Virus record (IMG/VR): IMGVR_UViG_3300008262_000013 | From: a virus | Lineage: Duplodnaviria > Caudoviricetes | Strand: one strand, 5' to 3' | Length of the DNA: 64,000 nucleotides | Shown here: in pieces, positions 31,209-40,019 of the stretch | How the letters are laid out: every line of letters starts with the position of its first letter | Position numbering within the stretch: position 1 is the stretch's first letter | Made by a program: the position numbers and the translations under genes | Notes under the pieces: model-generated | Told to the model about the DNA's origin: nothing | The model's database searches: none | What the model saw: only the letters and a program-made list of their open reading frames with translations

Positions 31209-31975
31209 ACTTTAAAGATTATTTAACGTGGTATAGGGATGTTGTAGATAAAGAAGTGGAAGGATGGTTTTATCCAATTGATATAATTATTCTATACGGA
31301 CTATTGAAAGAAACGCTAGATAAAGTAAAGGGAGATATTTGTGAAATAGGAGTTGCTTTTGGTAAAAGTGCCATAGCTTTATCTAATTTCAAAAGAAGCT
31401 CAGATACGCTCTATCTATATGATATTTTCCCAAATGAAATTTTTGAAAAGGCAAAATATAATATAAACAAATTTGGAAGTGATGAAAAGTTGGTTTGGGT
31501 AATACAAGACACTACCCAAATGAAAGAAGCCGCATTTCATACTCCTTTAAGATTATTGCACATTGATGGTTGTCACGAGCACTCGGCAGTATTAAATGAT
31601 TTGCAATTGTTTAGTCCTTATATGCATGATGCTGGAATAATAGTGCTTGACGATTTCAATGATTACGAGTATCCTGGTGTGAACAGTGCTGCCATAGAAT
31701 TTAGTTTGGCAAAATATAATCATAAAAATTGGAGAGTATTTGCAATAGGTGATAATAAAGCATATATGTGCCAAAAGAAATATGTACAAATGTATCAAAT
31801 TAGTTTAGCTGGATTTATGAAAAATGCCTCGCAATCAATGAATGTTCCTTTTCCACTTCCTTTAGGATTAAGAGAAATGTTGGACATTAATGTTTTAATG
31901 TGTGATTCAAGAGATGATTGGGGAGATTTAAATAATATAGCTCAAAAATTATTTGATAAACCGAAGATAGGATAA
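31205..31975 (+). CDS. Class I SAM-dependent methyltransferase
   Basis: 'DICEIGVAFGKS', 'LLHIDGCHEH', 'IIVLDDF'. Confidence 0.8.
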   Translation: MNFKDYLTWYRDVVDKEVEGWFYPIDIIILYGLLKETLDKVKGDICEIGVAFGKSAIALSNFKRSSDTLYLYDIFPNEIFEKAKYNINKFGSDEKLVWVIQDTTQMKEAAFHTPLRLLHIDGCHEHSAVLNDLQLFSPYMHDAGIIVLDDFNDYEYPGVNSAAIEFSLAKYNHKNWRVFAIGDNKAYMCQKKYVQMYQISLAGFMKNASQSMNVPFPLPLGLREMLDINVLMCDSRDDWGDLNNIAQKLFDKPKIG

Positions 31976-31978
31976 AAT

Positions 31979-32557
31979 ATGAGTGAAGTGCTAACAATTA
32001 ATACTGAAAGTGGTATTGTACAAGAAGAAAAGATTGAACCTTTAACTGTATTTGATGATAGACATCCTTTTCTGAATACAGAATTGCCCGAATATACAGA
32101 ACAACTACCGAATAAACGTATGACTACTTTAATTAAAAGATTGAAGATGACTATGAAACTTTATGGTGGTATAGGTCTTTCGGCTAATCAGTGTGGTTTA
32201 AAAGATCGTGTATTTGTTATGGGTACAGATCAGTTTCAGATTGCATGTATCAACCCTAAAGTTTTGGAAGTGTCTGAAGAAATTATTAAAGATGTGGAAG
32301 GTTGTCTTTCTTTTCCAGCAATGTTTATGAAAATTGAAAGACCTAAATCCGTATTTGCTGAATTTACGGATGAAAACGGACAAGTTCATCAAGAATGGTT
32401 TGATGGTTTAACTGCAAGATGTTTCTTACATGAAACTGATCATATGAATGGTATCAAGTATACAAAGTATGTTGGTCCAGTGGCTTTAAAAATGGCCAAA
32501 CAAAAACAATTGAAAAAAATTAAAACTGTGAAAAGAAAATTGAAAAATGTCGTATAG
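31979..32557 (+). CDS. def: Peptide deformylase
   Basis: All three motifs intact: GIGLSANQ, EGCLS, HETDH. Confidence 0.95.
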   Translation: MSEVLTINTESGIVQEEKIEPLTVFDDRHPFLNTELPEYTEQLPNKRMTTLIKRLKMTMKLYGGIGLSANQCGLKDRVFVMGTDQFQIACINPKVLEVSEEIIKDVEGCLSFPAMFMKIERPKSVFAEFTDENGQVHQEWFDGLTARCFLHETDHMNGIKYTKYVGPVALKMAKQKQLKKIKTVKRKLKNVV

Positions 32558-33830
32558 TTTTGATCCTAAAGATGATGTAGAAACTCAGTGGAAAAAATGG
32601 CAAGAACATAATCCACCAGAATCTTTTACGCATGTAGACGAAAAAGAATTGTGTGAGAAAACGATTGAAGAACTCACATATGTTTCGGCTATGGATGTAA
32701 AAGAATATACTTTATTTCAAAAGTGGTGTGAAGTGCAAGATAAATTTCCTACAGAAATCGTAAATGATTTGTGGGAAGGTGAAAAGAAAGTACTTAAAGA
32801 TGAAAAACAAAGGCGTGCAATTGAAGAAATAAAATCCAATATTTGGATGCCTAATAGTCCTGAAGATTATTTGACACTTGAACCTGAATTACTTTACACA
32901 AGTAAACAAGATGATCTGCCAGAATTGTGGAATACCATAAGAACATTTTCTTCTACGATGAAGAATAATAGTAATATTGGACGCAATTTGAATTTTGTTG
33001 TAAGAGATAAAGTAACAAAAAAATACCTAGGTGTTATCTGTATTAGTTCAGACTTTCTTGATTTGACACCAAGAGATAATTTCATTGGGTGGTCGAGAGA
33101 ATTAAAAACACAAGGTGGTATGATTAACCACACAGCCATCGGATCAACGATTGTACCTTTACAACCATTGGGATATAATTATGTTGGTGGCAAATTGCTT
33201 GCTCTGTTGTGCTTATCCGATCCTGTACAAGAGTTGTGGGAAAAACTTTACGGTGATAAGTTAGTTTCCGTAACAACTACTTCACTTTATGGAAAAACAA
33301 AAGCAGGAGGATTATCACAATATGATAATCTAGATTATTGGCAATCGATGGGATTTACATCAGGTTCAGTTTCTTTTGAACCGCTTGCTGATACACGTTA
33401 TATGATTCGTGATTGGTTAAAAGAAAATCATACACGTAAATACTTTGAATGGTACATAGCAAAGAAACCTTCTGGTCAGCCACATAAACGGGATCATAAG
33501 AATCGTTCATTGAATTTTACATATTCTCAATTGAACATACCAAAAGAGTTAATTCGTTCTGAACATGCAAGAGGAATTTATTTCTCACCACTATATGATA
33601 ATTCATGTGAGTTTCTCCGCGGCGAACATGACGGCAAAGATATGAAAAAACTCTTTGATACAAGTGTAGAGAGCCTAAGTAGTATATGGAAAACAAAACA
33701 TGCTAAGCCAAGAATTAAACAATTGGTAAAGAAAGATAAAGTTTCCTACGATACCCTGTTTTATGACGATCTTATCTATTTGACATGGCAAGAAACAAAA
33801 GATAAATATTTGCCGCAAGTGGGTCGATAA
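32547..33830 (+). CDS. DUF4338/DruA-like (Mom/GNAT-related) protein, copy 1
   Basis: 'GRNLNFVVRD...YLGVICISS', 'PLQPLGYNYVGGKLLA', 'TTTSLYG...SQY...MGFTSG'. Confidence 0.6.
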   Translation: MSYSFDPKDDVETQWKKWQEHNPPESFTHVDEKELCEKTIEELTYVSAMDVKEYTLFQKWCEVQDKFPTEIVNDLWEGEKKVLKDEKQRRAIEEIKSNIWMPNSPEDYLTLEPELLYTSKQDDLPELWNTIRTFSSTMKNNSNIGRNLNFVVRDKVTKKYLGVICISSDFLDLTPRDNFIGWSRELKTQGGMINHTAIGSTIVPLQPLGYNYVGGKLLALLCLSDPVQELWEKLYGDKLVSVTTTSLYGKTKAGGLSQYDNLDYWQSMGFTSGSVSFEPLADTRYMIRDWLKENHTRKYFEWYIAKKPSGQPHKRDHKNRSLNFTYSQLNIPKELIRSEHARGIYFSPLYDNSCEFLRGEHDGKDMKKLFDTSVESLSSIWKTKHAKPRIKQLVKKDKVSYDTLFYDDLIYLTWQETKDKYLPQVGR

Positions 33831-33832
33831 TC

Positions 33833-33841
33833 TGTTATAAT
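33833..33841 (+). promoter_or_regulatory. Extended -10 promoter (TGnTATAAT) upstream of the tRNA-like element
   Basis: TGTTATAAT ends 10 nt before the element's 5' G. Confidence 0.6.
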
Positions 33842-33850
33842 GTCCTTAAT

Positions 33851-33913
33851 GCGGTGAGTCCGAGACAACCTTCCCCCGAAGGCAGATAGGTTTAACTCCT
33901 ATGAACCGCTCCA
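33851..33913 (+). ncRNA. 63-nt tRNA-like RNA lacking an anticodon loop
   Basis: Acceptor-like GCGGT/ACCGC stem, T-arm ATAGG-TTTAACT-CCTAT, 7-nt 3' strand, discriminator and encoded CCA. Confidence 0.6.
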
Positions 33914-33951
33914 GTTACTAAGTTGACAACAGTTGTTATAATGACAACTGG

Positions 33952-33980
33952 TTGCCATTTCCTTAAATCTGTGTTACAAT
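33952..33980 (+). promoter_or_regulatory. sigma70-type promoter
   Basis: TTGCCA-17-TACAAT with extended TG, upstream of the vWA gene. Confidence 0.7.
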
Positions 33981-34008
33981 ATACATATACTGATAACAGG
34001 ATGTCTAA

Positions 34009-36279
34009 ATGACAACATTTACTACCGAATCTAAATCTCAGCTGGCGAAACTCCTTGCTACCGAGAATTTACGTATTGAACACCAAAAAATTAGAACAGC
34101 TCGATTCGATCCAAAGAATCGGGTTTTGTATTGCCCTATTTGGAAAAATATGAGCGGTGTACTTTACGACCTTTTGATGGGTCATGAAGTCGGTCACGCT
34201 CTTTACACTCCCGCTCAAGGTTGGCATGATGCCGTTTGTGATAAAGGCCGAAACTATAAAGGCTTTTTGAATGTGGTCGAAGATGCCCGTATTGAGAAAA
34301 AAATCAAACGTAAGTATCCTGGTATTCGTAAATCTTTTATTGAAGCTTATCAAGATTTGATGAGTCGAGATTTTTTCGAATTGAAAGACCGTGACATTAA
34401 TGAAATGTCCTTTATCAATCGATTGAATCTTTTTACAAAATCAAGTGGTACGATGGATATTCAATTCACCGCTTTTGAAGAAAAGTTGGTTGAAGAAGTG
34501 TTGCGCTGTGAAACTTGGGAAGATGTTTTACGTGTTACCGGTCTTGTTTGGGATTATTCCAAAGAAGAACAATTTGAAATGGCTGAAGAAGAATTTACTT
34601 TCGAATTACATTCTTTTAGTGAAGATGGTGAGTCTGACGATTCGGATGATTCTGATTTCGAATATGATTTTAGTGATGAATCGACAGAACAGAATGACAA
34701 TGAATCCGAAGGATCGGACGAATCTAAACAGATGCATGGCACTGCCAATAACGAAGATGAAACGGATGATGGTGAAGAAAACTTTACGCAGATAAATCGT
34801 TTTAAACAATCGGCTTTATCTAAAGAAGATCAACTTGTTACTTTTGAACCTACTTGTGAAACGGATGATGCGTTTCGTAGAAAAGAAAATGAACTTCTTG
34901 ATGAAAAATGCAAAGACTATCTTTATGTAACAACACCTGAGCCTAATCTTAAAAATATTGTTACTCCAGCAAAGCGAGTAAACGAATTGTTGGCAGCACA
35001 TTATACTGATGAATCTAAAAAGAATGAGCAATACAATAGTTTCAAAAGTCGTAATGATCGATACATTTCTTTACTTGCAAAAGAATTTGAAATGAAGAAA
35101 GCCGCATCGTGTTATGCTAAGGCTAAAACTTCAAACACTGGTGATATTGATGTATCCAAATTGTACAAGTATCAAATTGACGATACTATCTTTAAGAAAA
35201 CTATGAGAATACCGAAAGGTAAATCACACGGACTTATTTTGCTTCTGGATAAATCTGGATCAATGTCAAATAATTTGAGAGGTTCGATTGAACAGATTTT
35301 GATACTGACCTCATTTTGCCGCAAAGTGAATATTCCTTTTATAGTTTATGGTTTTGGTAATAACACTACGGCTTTCTTTGAAGATCAAGGTGGATATAAT
35401 GAATCACTAAATCATAAAATTCGTGATTCGTTTTCTAAAGGAGAAGGTGAACTCTGTTTAGATGGTGTATTTTTGCGTGAGTATCTAAATTCAAAAATGT
35501 CAAACTCTGAATTTACCAAATCAACCAAAAATCTGGTTTCTTTGATGAATGGATTCGGTGGTCCAAATAGATATTCTAGAAATTATCCTATTTCAGAAGG
35601 ACTCTCAAATACACCCATGGTCGAAGCGATTGTTGCAGTTGAAAAGATTACACAAGATTTCAGAAAAGTGAATAATCTGGATATTGTGAATTTGGTTATC
35701 GTTCACGATGGTGATGCTGATACAATCAACACGGTTCATACCTATAATGATGCAAATCCAAAAAACTATAGACACCTAAGTCCATCTTATAATAACATTT
35801 ATTTGCGTGACAAAAAAACTAAATTTGAAACGAAAGTTGAAAATAATGATGTACTAAGTCAAAATATTTTGAAGTGGTATTCTTATCGGACTGGAGCTAA
35901 AGTATTTGGTTTCTTCCTCACTGATGGAAGTAATAGTTCTGCTGAGAGTGCTGCTATGATGCATCACTACGAAAAGACTGATTCTAAAAATATATATGAT
36001 GATCCAAGTATTCAGTGGAACGAAAAACGATACAAAGCAAAAGAGTTGGCAAAAAAATTAAAGACTCAAAAACTTTTGGTTTCTAAAAAACCAGGATATG
36101 AAAGTTTCTTCATCATACCTGGTGGCAACAACTTGCAAGTAGATGATGGTGAACTAGAAATTGATACTTCCAAAAAAGTTACCGCAAGTAAACTTACCAA
36201 TGCGTTTATTAAGTTTAACAAAAAACGCCAAGTGAATCGGGTACTTGTTTCTAAATTTATTGATGGTATTGCAGTTTGA
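34009..36279 (+). CDS. Metallopeptidase-like plus vWA (CobT-like) protein
   Basis: N-terminal HEVGH (HExxH), acidic linker, MIDAS 'LLLDKSGSM', 'HDGDA'; followed by a CobS-like ATPase. Confidence 0.8.
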   Translation: MTTFTTESKSQLAKLLATENLRIEHQKIRTARFDPKNRVLYCPIWKNMSGVLYDLLMGHEVGHALYTPAQGWHDAVCDKGRNYKGFLNVVEDARIEKKIKRKYPGIRKSFIEAYQDLMSRDFFELKDRDINEMSFINRLNLFTKSSGTMDIQFTAFEEKLVEEVLRCETWEDVLRVTGLVWDYSKEEQFEMAEEEFTFELHSFSEDGESDDSDDSDFEYDFSDESTEQNDNESEGSDESKQMHGTANNEDETDDGEENFTQINRFKQSALSKEDQLVTFEPTCETDDAFRRKENELLDEKCKDYLYVTTPEPNLKNIVTPAKRVNELLAAHYTDESKKNEQYNSFKSRNDRYISLLAKEFEMKKAASCYAKAKTSNTGDIDVSKLYKYQIDDTIFKKTMRIPKGKSHGLILLLDKSGSMSNNLRGSIEQILILTSFCRKVNIPFIVYGFGNNTTAFFEDQGGYNESLNHKIRDSFSKGEGELCLDGVFLREYLNSKMSNSEFTKSTKNLVSLMNGFGGPNRYSRNYPISEGLSNTPMVEAIVAVEKITQDFRKVNNLDIVNLVIVHDGDADTINTVHTYNDANPKNYRHLSPSYNNIYLRDKKTKFETKVENNDVLSQNILKWYSYRTGAKVFGFFLTDGSNSSAESAAMMHHYEKTDSKNIYDDPSIQWNEKRYKAKELAKKLKTQKLLVSKKPGYESFFIIPGGNNLQVDDGELEIDTSKKVTASKLTNAFIKFNKKRQVNRVLVSKFIDGIAV

Positions 36280-36305
36280 TATGTTGTTTTTACGCAACAG
36301 ACCTA

Positions 36306-36334
36306 TTGCCAAGGCATTAGTACTCTGTTATAAT
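36306..36334 (+). promoter_or_regulatory. sigma70-type promoter
   Basis: TTGCCA-17-TATAAT with extended TG. Confidence 0.75.
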
Positions 36335-36371
36335 GGTCGTATAGTGAATAATCCTTCTTGGAGAATATATA

Positions 36372-37559
36372 ATGGCAAGTCGTAATGAAAAGCGTCAAAA
36401 GTTTCTGAATGCTCTTATCGCTACCGGTAAAAGTACTGTGACACTTGATGAAATTAAAGCTATTGCAGAAAAACTCAATATTGGTCAACCATACTGGTTT
36501 ACAAATGATGATGATAATCGTATAAAACGTGGTACATATAAAGTGCCAGGTGTTACACAAAAACAAAATGTTCAAACTGTTGATATGCAGGCGCAAGTAA
36601 TTCCTATGCAAAAAGTTGAAAACAAATCGAGCAATAGAATTTCTTCAATCGTTACTGATCTGGAAATTGAGAATTTGGTACCAACCAAATACAAAAATTA
36701 TGTTCCGTTTGGAAACTTTGAAGATATCGTTTCTATCATCGAATCAAGAACTTTCTTTCCTATTTTCATCACTGGTCAATCAGGTAATGGTAAAACCATG
36801 TCCGTTGAACAGGCTTGTGCTAAACTAAATCGTAAGTTTGTTTGCGTTTCAATGACACCTGAAACCGATGAAAGTGATTTGTTTGGTAATTTTATTCTGA
36901 TTAATGGTCAGATGGAATGGCGTGATGGTCCTGTAACCGTTGCGGCTCGTCAAGGTGCCGTACTCTGTATCGATGAAGTCGATTACGGTGCTCAGAATCT
37001 TTCCTCACTTCAGCGTGTGCTTGAAGGTAAACCGTTTCTTCTGAAAAAGAAAAATGAATTGATTGTACCTGCTGAAGGATTTACCGTTATTGCTACTGCA
37101 AATACAAAAGGTAAAGGTTCTGAAGATGGTCGTTATATGTTTACGAATGTATTGAATGAAGCGTTTCTTGAGCGTTTCCCTAATACAATGGAACAAGATT
37201 GGCCTCCTGTTAAAGTTGAGCGTAAGATTGTTGAGAAAGAACTTGCTTCTGCTGGTCGTTCTGATAATGAATTCGCTGAAAAACTTGTTACATGGGCTGA
37301 TGTTATTCGTAAAACCTTTGATGAAGGCGGATGTGATGAAGTGATTTCTACTCGCCGCTTGGTACACATTGCACGTACTTACGGTGTGTTTGGTGATAAG
37401 ATGAAATCAATCGGTCTTTGCTTGAATCGTTTTGATGAAGATACCAAAATTTCTTTTACTGATTTGTATACCAAAGTGGATGCTGGTGCTAATACCGAAA
37501 CCATTATGGCAAAAACAGTAGAAGAAACAATCATGGTAAATGAAGAAGTTCCTTTCTAA
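36372..37559 (+). CDS. cobS: CobS-like MoxR AAA+ ATPase
   Basis: 'GQSGNGKT', 'LCIDEVD', 'ATANTKG', 'LNEAFLERF', 'ISTRRL'. Confidence 0.85.
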   Translation: MASRNEKRQKFLNALIATGKSTVTLDEIKAIAEKLNIGQPYWFTNDDDNRIKRGTYKVPGVTQKQNVQTVDMQAQVIPMQKVENKSSNRISSIVTDLEIENLVPTKYKNYVPFGNFEDIVSIIESRTFFPIFITGQSGNGKTMSVEQACAKLNRKFVCVSMTPETDESDLFGNFILINGQMEWRDGPVTVAARQGAVLCIDEVDYGAQNLSSLQRVLEGKPFLLKKKNELIVPAEGFTVIATANTKGKGSEDGRYMFTNVLNEAFLERFPNTMEQDWPPVKVERKIVEKELASAGRSDNEFAEKLVTWADVIRKTFDEGGCDEVISTRRLVHIARTYGVFGDKMKSIGLCLNRFDEDTKISFTDLYTKVDAGANTETIMAKTVEETIMVNEEVPF

Positions 37560-37575
37560 TTTACCTGAAAAACGC

Positions 37576-37604
37576 TTGACAACCTGTCAATAACCTAGTA
37601 TAAT
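37576..37604 (+). promoter_or_regulatory. sigma70-type promoter with an inverted repeat on the -35 box
   Basis: TTGACA-17-TATAAT; TTGACA-acc-TGTCAA palindrome at 37576-37590. Confidence 0.8.
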
Positions 37605-37679
37605 ATACACATAATTTGAGAGAACGGTTGCCTCTCAGATGATTTAAATTCAGCAACCTTTTTTACGGAGTATTTTGTT

Positions 37680-37952
37680 ATGTCAGTTAAATCTAAAGTC
37701 CTTGCTTACCTTTCTAAAGAAGATGGTTACAACACACTCACACCTGCTAAAATGCAGAGCATGTTTGGTGTTTCAAATCCTTCCGCAACAATCAACGATC
37801 TTCGCAATGAAGGTCACGCTATTTACTTGAATAGCCGTTACAACAACAACGGTGAGAAGGTTTTCTTCTACCGTCTCGGCACTCCAACTAAGCGTATGGT
37901 TGCTGAAGGTATTGCAGCTATTCGTGCTCAAGGAGAGCGCGCTTTTGCTTAA
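37680..37952 (+). CDS. Small winged helix-turn-helix DNA-binding protein
   Basis: 'KSKVLAYL...LTPAKMQSMFGVSNPSATINDLRNEGHAI' has wHTH-like spacing; SD GGAG. Confidence 0.6.
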   Translation: MSVKSKVLAYLSKEDGYNTLTPAKMQSMFGVSNPSATINDLRNEGHAIYLNSRYNNNGEKVFFYRLGTPTKRMVAEGIAAIRAQGERAFA

Positions 37953-37981
37953 GATTACCTCTTAAGTTTTAAAAACGCTGC

Positions 37982-38016
37982 AAAGAGAGGATATATATTC
38001 ATATCCTCTCTTTTTT
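37982..38016 (+). terminator. Intrinsic terminator
   Basis: AAAGAGAGGATAT-ATATTC-ATATCCTCTCTTT followed by Ts. Confidence 0.85.
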
Positions 38017-38035
38017 ATTATACAATGGACAAACT

Positions 38036-38851
38036 ATGGAAATACAAATCAAACTTGATGAATTGAAAAAGAATAAACTTTTCGTAGCTACACCAATGTA
38101 TGGTGGCATGAATCATGGCCTCTATGCAAAATCTTGTCTCGACCTTCAAACTTTGATGATTAGATATGGTGTTGATGTTAAGTTTTCTTTTCTTTTCAAC
38201 GAATCACTCATTACAAGAGCAAGAAACTATTTGACGGATGAATTTCTCCGTTCAGATTGTACGCACATGTTGTTTATCGACTCAGATATTCACTTCAATC
38301 CACAAGATGTTTTAGCATTAATGGCTCTCGACAAAGATGTTATTGGTGGTCCTTATCCTAAAAAATCTGTCAATTGGGGTAATATTGCTCACGCAGCTCG
38401 TAAACATACAGAAATGGAACCTAGAGAACTGGAACAATTAGTTGGTGAGTATGTTTTCAATGTTGTAAAAGGCACACAACAATTTTCTGTAACTGAACCA
38501 CTTCAAGTTTTGGAAATTGGAACAGGTTTCATGATGATTAAACGTGATGTTTTTGGAAAACTTGAAAAAGCTTATCCTCAATTGCGTTATAAACCAGATC
38601 ATATTGGACAAGCACACTTTGATGGTTCACGTTACATTCATGCCTATTTTGATACTATCATTGATACTATTGATTCTGCAACAGGCGGTGGATCAGATCG
38701 TTATCTAAGTGAAGATTATATGTTCTGCCAACTGTGGCGTAAGATTGGTGGAGAAATTTATCTCTGTCCTTGGATGAAAACTCAGCATATCGGCACATAT
38801 GCATTTACCGGCAACATGCCAAAGGTTGCTGAACTTACTGGTAGATTGTAA
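38036..38851 (+). CDS. GT-A fold glycosyltransferase-like protein
   Basis: 'LFVATPMYGG', 'ITRARN', 'HMLFIDSDI' (DxD), 'GTGFMMIKR', 'SEDYMFC', 'TQHIG'. Confidence 0.65.
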   Translation: MEIQIKLDELKKNKLFVATPMYGGMNHGLYAKSCLDLQTLMIRYGVDVKFSFLFNESLITRARNYLTDEFLRSDCTHMLFIDSDIHFNPQDVLALMALDKDVIGGPYPKKSVNWGNIAHAARKHTEMEPRELEQLVGEYVFNVVKGTQQFSVTEPLQVLEIGTGFMMIKRDVFGKLEKAYPQLRYKPDHIGQAHFDGSRYIHAYFDTIIDTIDSATGGGSDRYLSEDYMFCQLWRKIGGEIYLCPWMKTQHIGTYAFTGNMPKVAELTGRL

Positions 38852-38852
38852 G

Positions 38853-39239
38853 ATGGGTTACGATAAAATGTACATAAGCAACGATGAATTTATCGTTGAC
38901 GCTGAAAATGTTGGAGATATATCGATTGGTCGTAAGTATGATGGTAACAAACTAGAATATGGTTTGTTACCTCCTCTTGCTCTTGAAGCTACTGTTGATG
39001 TACTTACATTTGGTGCTCAAAAGTATGAAAGAGACAATTGGAAAAAAGTGCCTGATTCCAAGCGCAGATATTTTGATGCATTAGAACGCCATGTTTGGGC
39101 TTGGAAAAAAGGTGAGAAATTAGATCCTGAATCTGGTAAACATCACTTAGCTCATGCTCTTTGTTGCCTCATGTTTCTATATGAACATGATATACTGTAT
39201 TCTGTTGATGAACAAATTAATTATGGAGTAGAAAAATGA
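38853..39239 (+). CDS. dATP/dGTP diphosphohydrolase-like (DUF5664) protein
   Basis: 'GRKYDGNK-x-x-YGLLP', 'FGAQKY-x-x-DNW', 'DPESGKHHLAHA'. ATG 38853 preferred. Confidence 0.75.
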   Translation: MGYDKMYISNDEFIVDAENVGDISIGRKYDGNKLEYGLLPPLALEATVDVLTFGAQKYERDNWKKVPDSKRRYFDALERHVWAWKKGEKLDPESGKHHLAHALCCLMFLYEHDILYSVDEQINYGVEK

Positions 39240-39919
39240 AACTATCTTCCGACACAATAAATCTTTTGAAGAACTTTGCTTCAATCAATCAGGGGATTTA
39301 TTTCAAACAAGGCAAGACAATTAAAACTGTTTCGCCACAAAAAAATATTATGGCAGAAGTGACTGTTGACGAAAGTTTTCCAGTTGACTTTGGTGTTTAT
39401 GACTTGAATAACTTCCTTTCAGTTATCTCTTTACATAAAGATGATCCAACTCTAAACTTTGAAGATAAGAATATTCTTATTTCTGGTTTGAAAGGCCGTA
39501 GTAAAATCAAATATCGATTTTGTGAACCCACTATGATTGTGGTTCCACCAGAAAAGAATATTGTAATGCCTGACCCAGAGATTAGATTCACTCTTAATGC
39601 TGAAGATTTTGATTGGGTACTTCGTGCAGCAGCAGTTCTTTCTTCACCACATATTGCGATTGAATCTGATGGTGAAAAAGTATTCGTCAGCACGATTGAT
39701 TTGCAAAATGATTCTGCACATACAGACTCAATTGAAATTGCAGATGGTAATGGTGATAAGTATCGAATGATCTTTAAGACAGAGAATCTTAAAATGATTT
39801 CTGGTACATATGAAGTGTCTCTATCTTCTAAGGGCATTTCGCACTTCAAAAACAAGAACAAGAATCTTCAGTATTGGATTACTACTGAAGCCGGTTCTAA
39901 ATTTGAAAAGACTAAATAA
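39236..39919 (+). CDS. gp45: Sliding clamp gp45
   Basis: 'MKLS-x-x-T-x-x-LLKNFASINQ', 'FGVYDLNNFL', 'YWITTE'. Confidence 0.93.
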   Translation: MKLSSDTINLLKNFASINQGIYFKQGKTIKTVSPQKNIMAEVTVDESFPVDFGVYDLNNFLSVISLHKDDPTLNFEDKNILISGLKGRSKIKYRFCEPTMIVVPPEKNIVMPDPEIRFTLNAEDFDWVLRAAAVLSSPHIAIESDGEKVFVSTIDLQNDSAHTDSIEIADGNGDKYRMIFKTENLKMISGTYEVSLSSKGISHFKNKNKNLQYWITTEAGSKFEKTK

Positions 39920-40019
39920 TTTTTGTAGTACAATCTCCCACATGTGTGGGAGATATTAAACCCACTCATACTTAACGGTTGACGTTTGGTCTCCAAGTAT
40001 GAATTTTTAGGAGAAGTTT

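Noticed and set aside
25947-33830. Complete Druantia defence system
   Set aside because: The nearby helicase is ordinary UvsW, and no DruE-sized helicase or other Dru genes are present.
33851-33913. Canonical tRNA gene
   Set aside because: No 7-nt anticodon loop, no U8, and only a rudimentary D arm; reported as tRNA-like instead.
37562-37590. Divergent minus-strand promoter from TGTCAA at 37585-37590
   Set aside because: No plausible -10 at 17-bp spacing (CAGGTA); better read as a palindromic operator.
38853-39239. Evidence for a Z (2-aminoadenine) genome
   Set aside because: The DUF5664-like gene alone is insufficient; no purZ is in the window.
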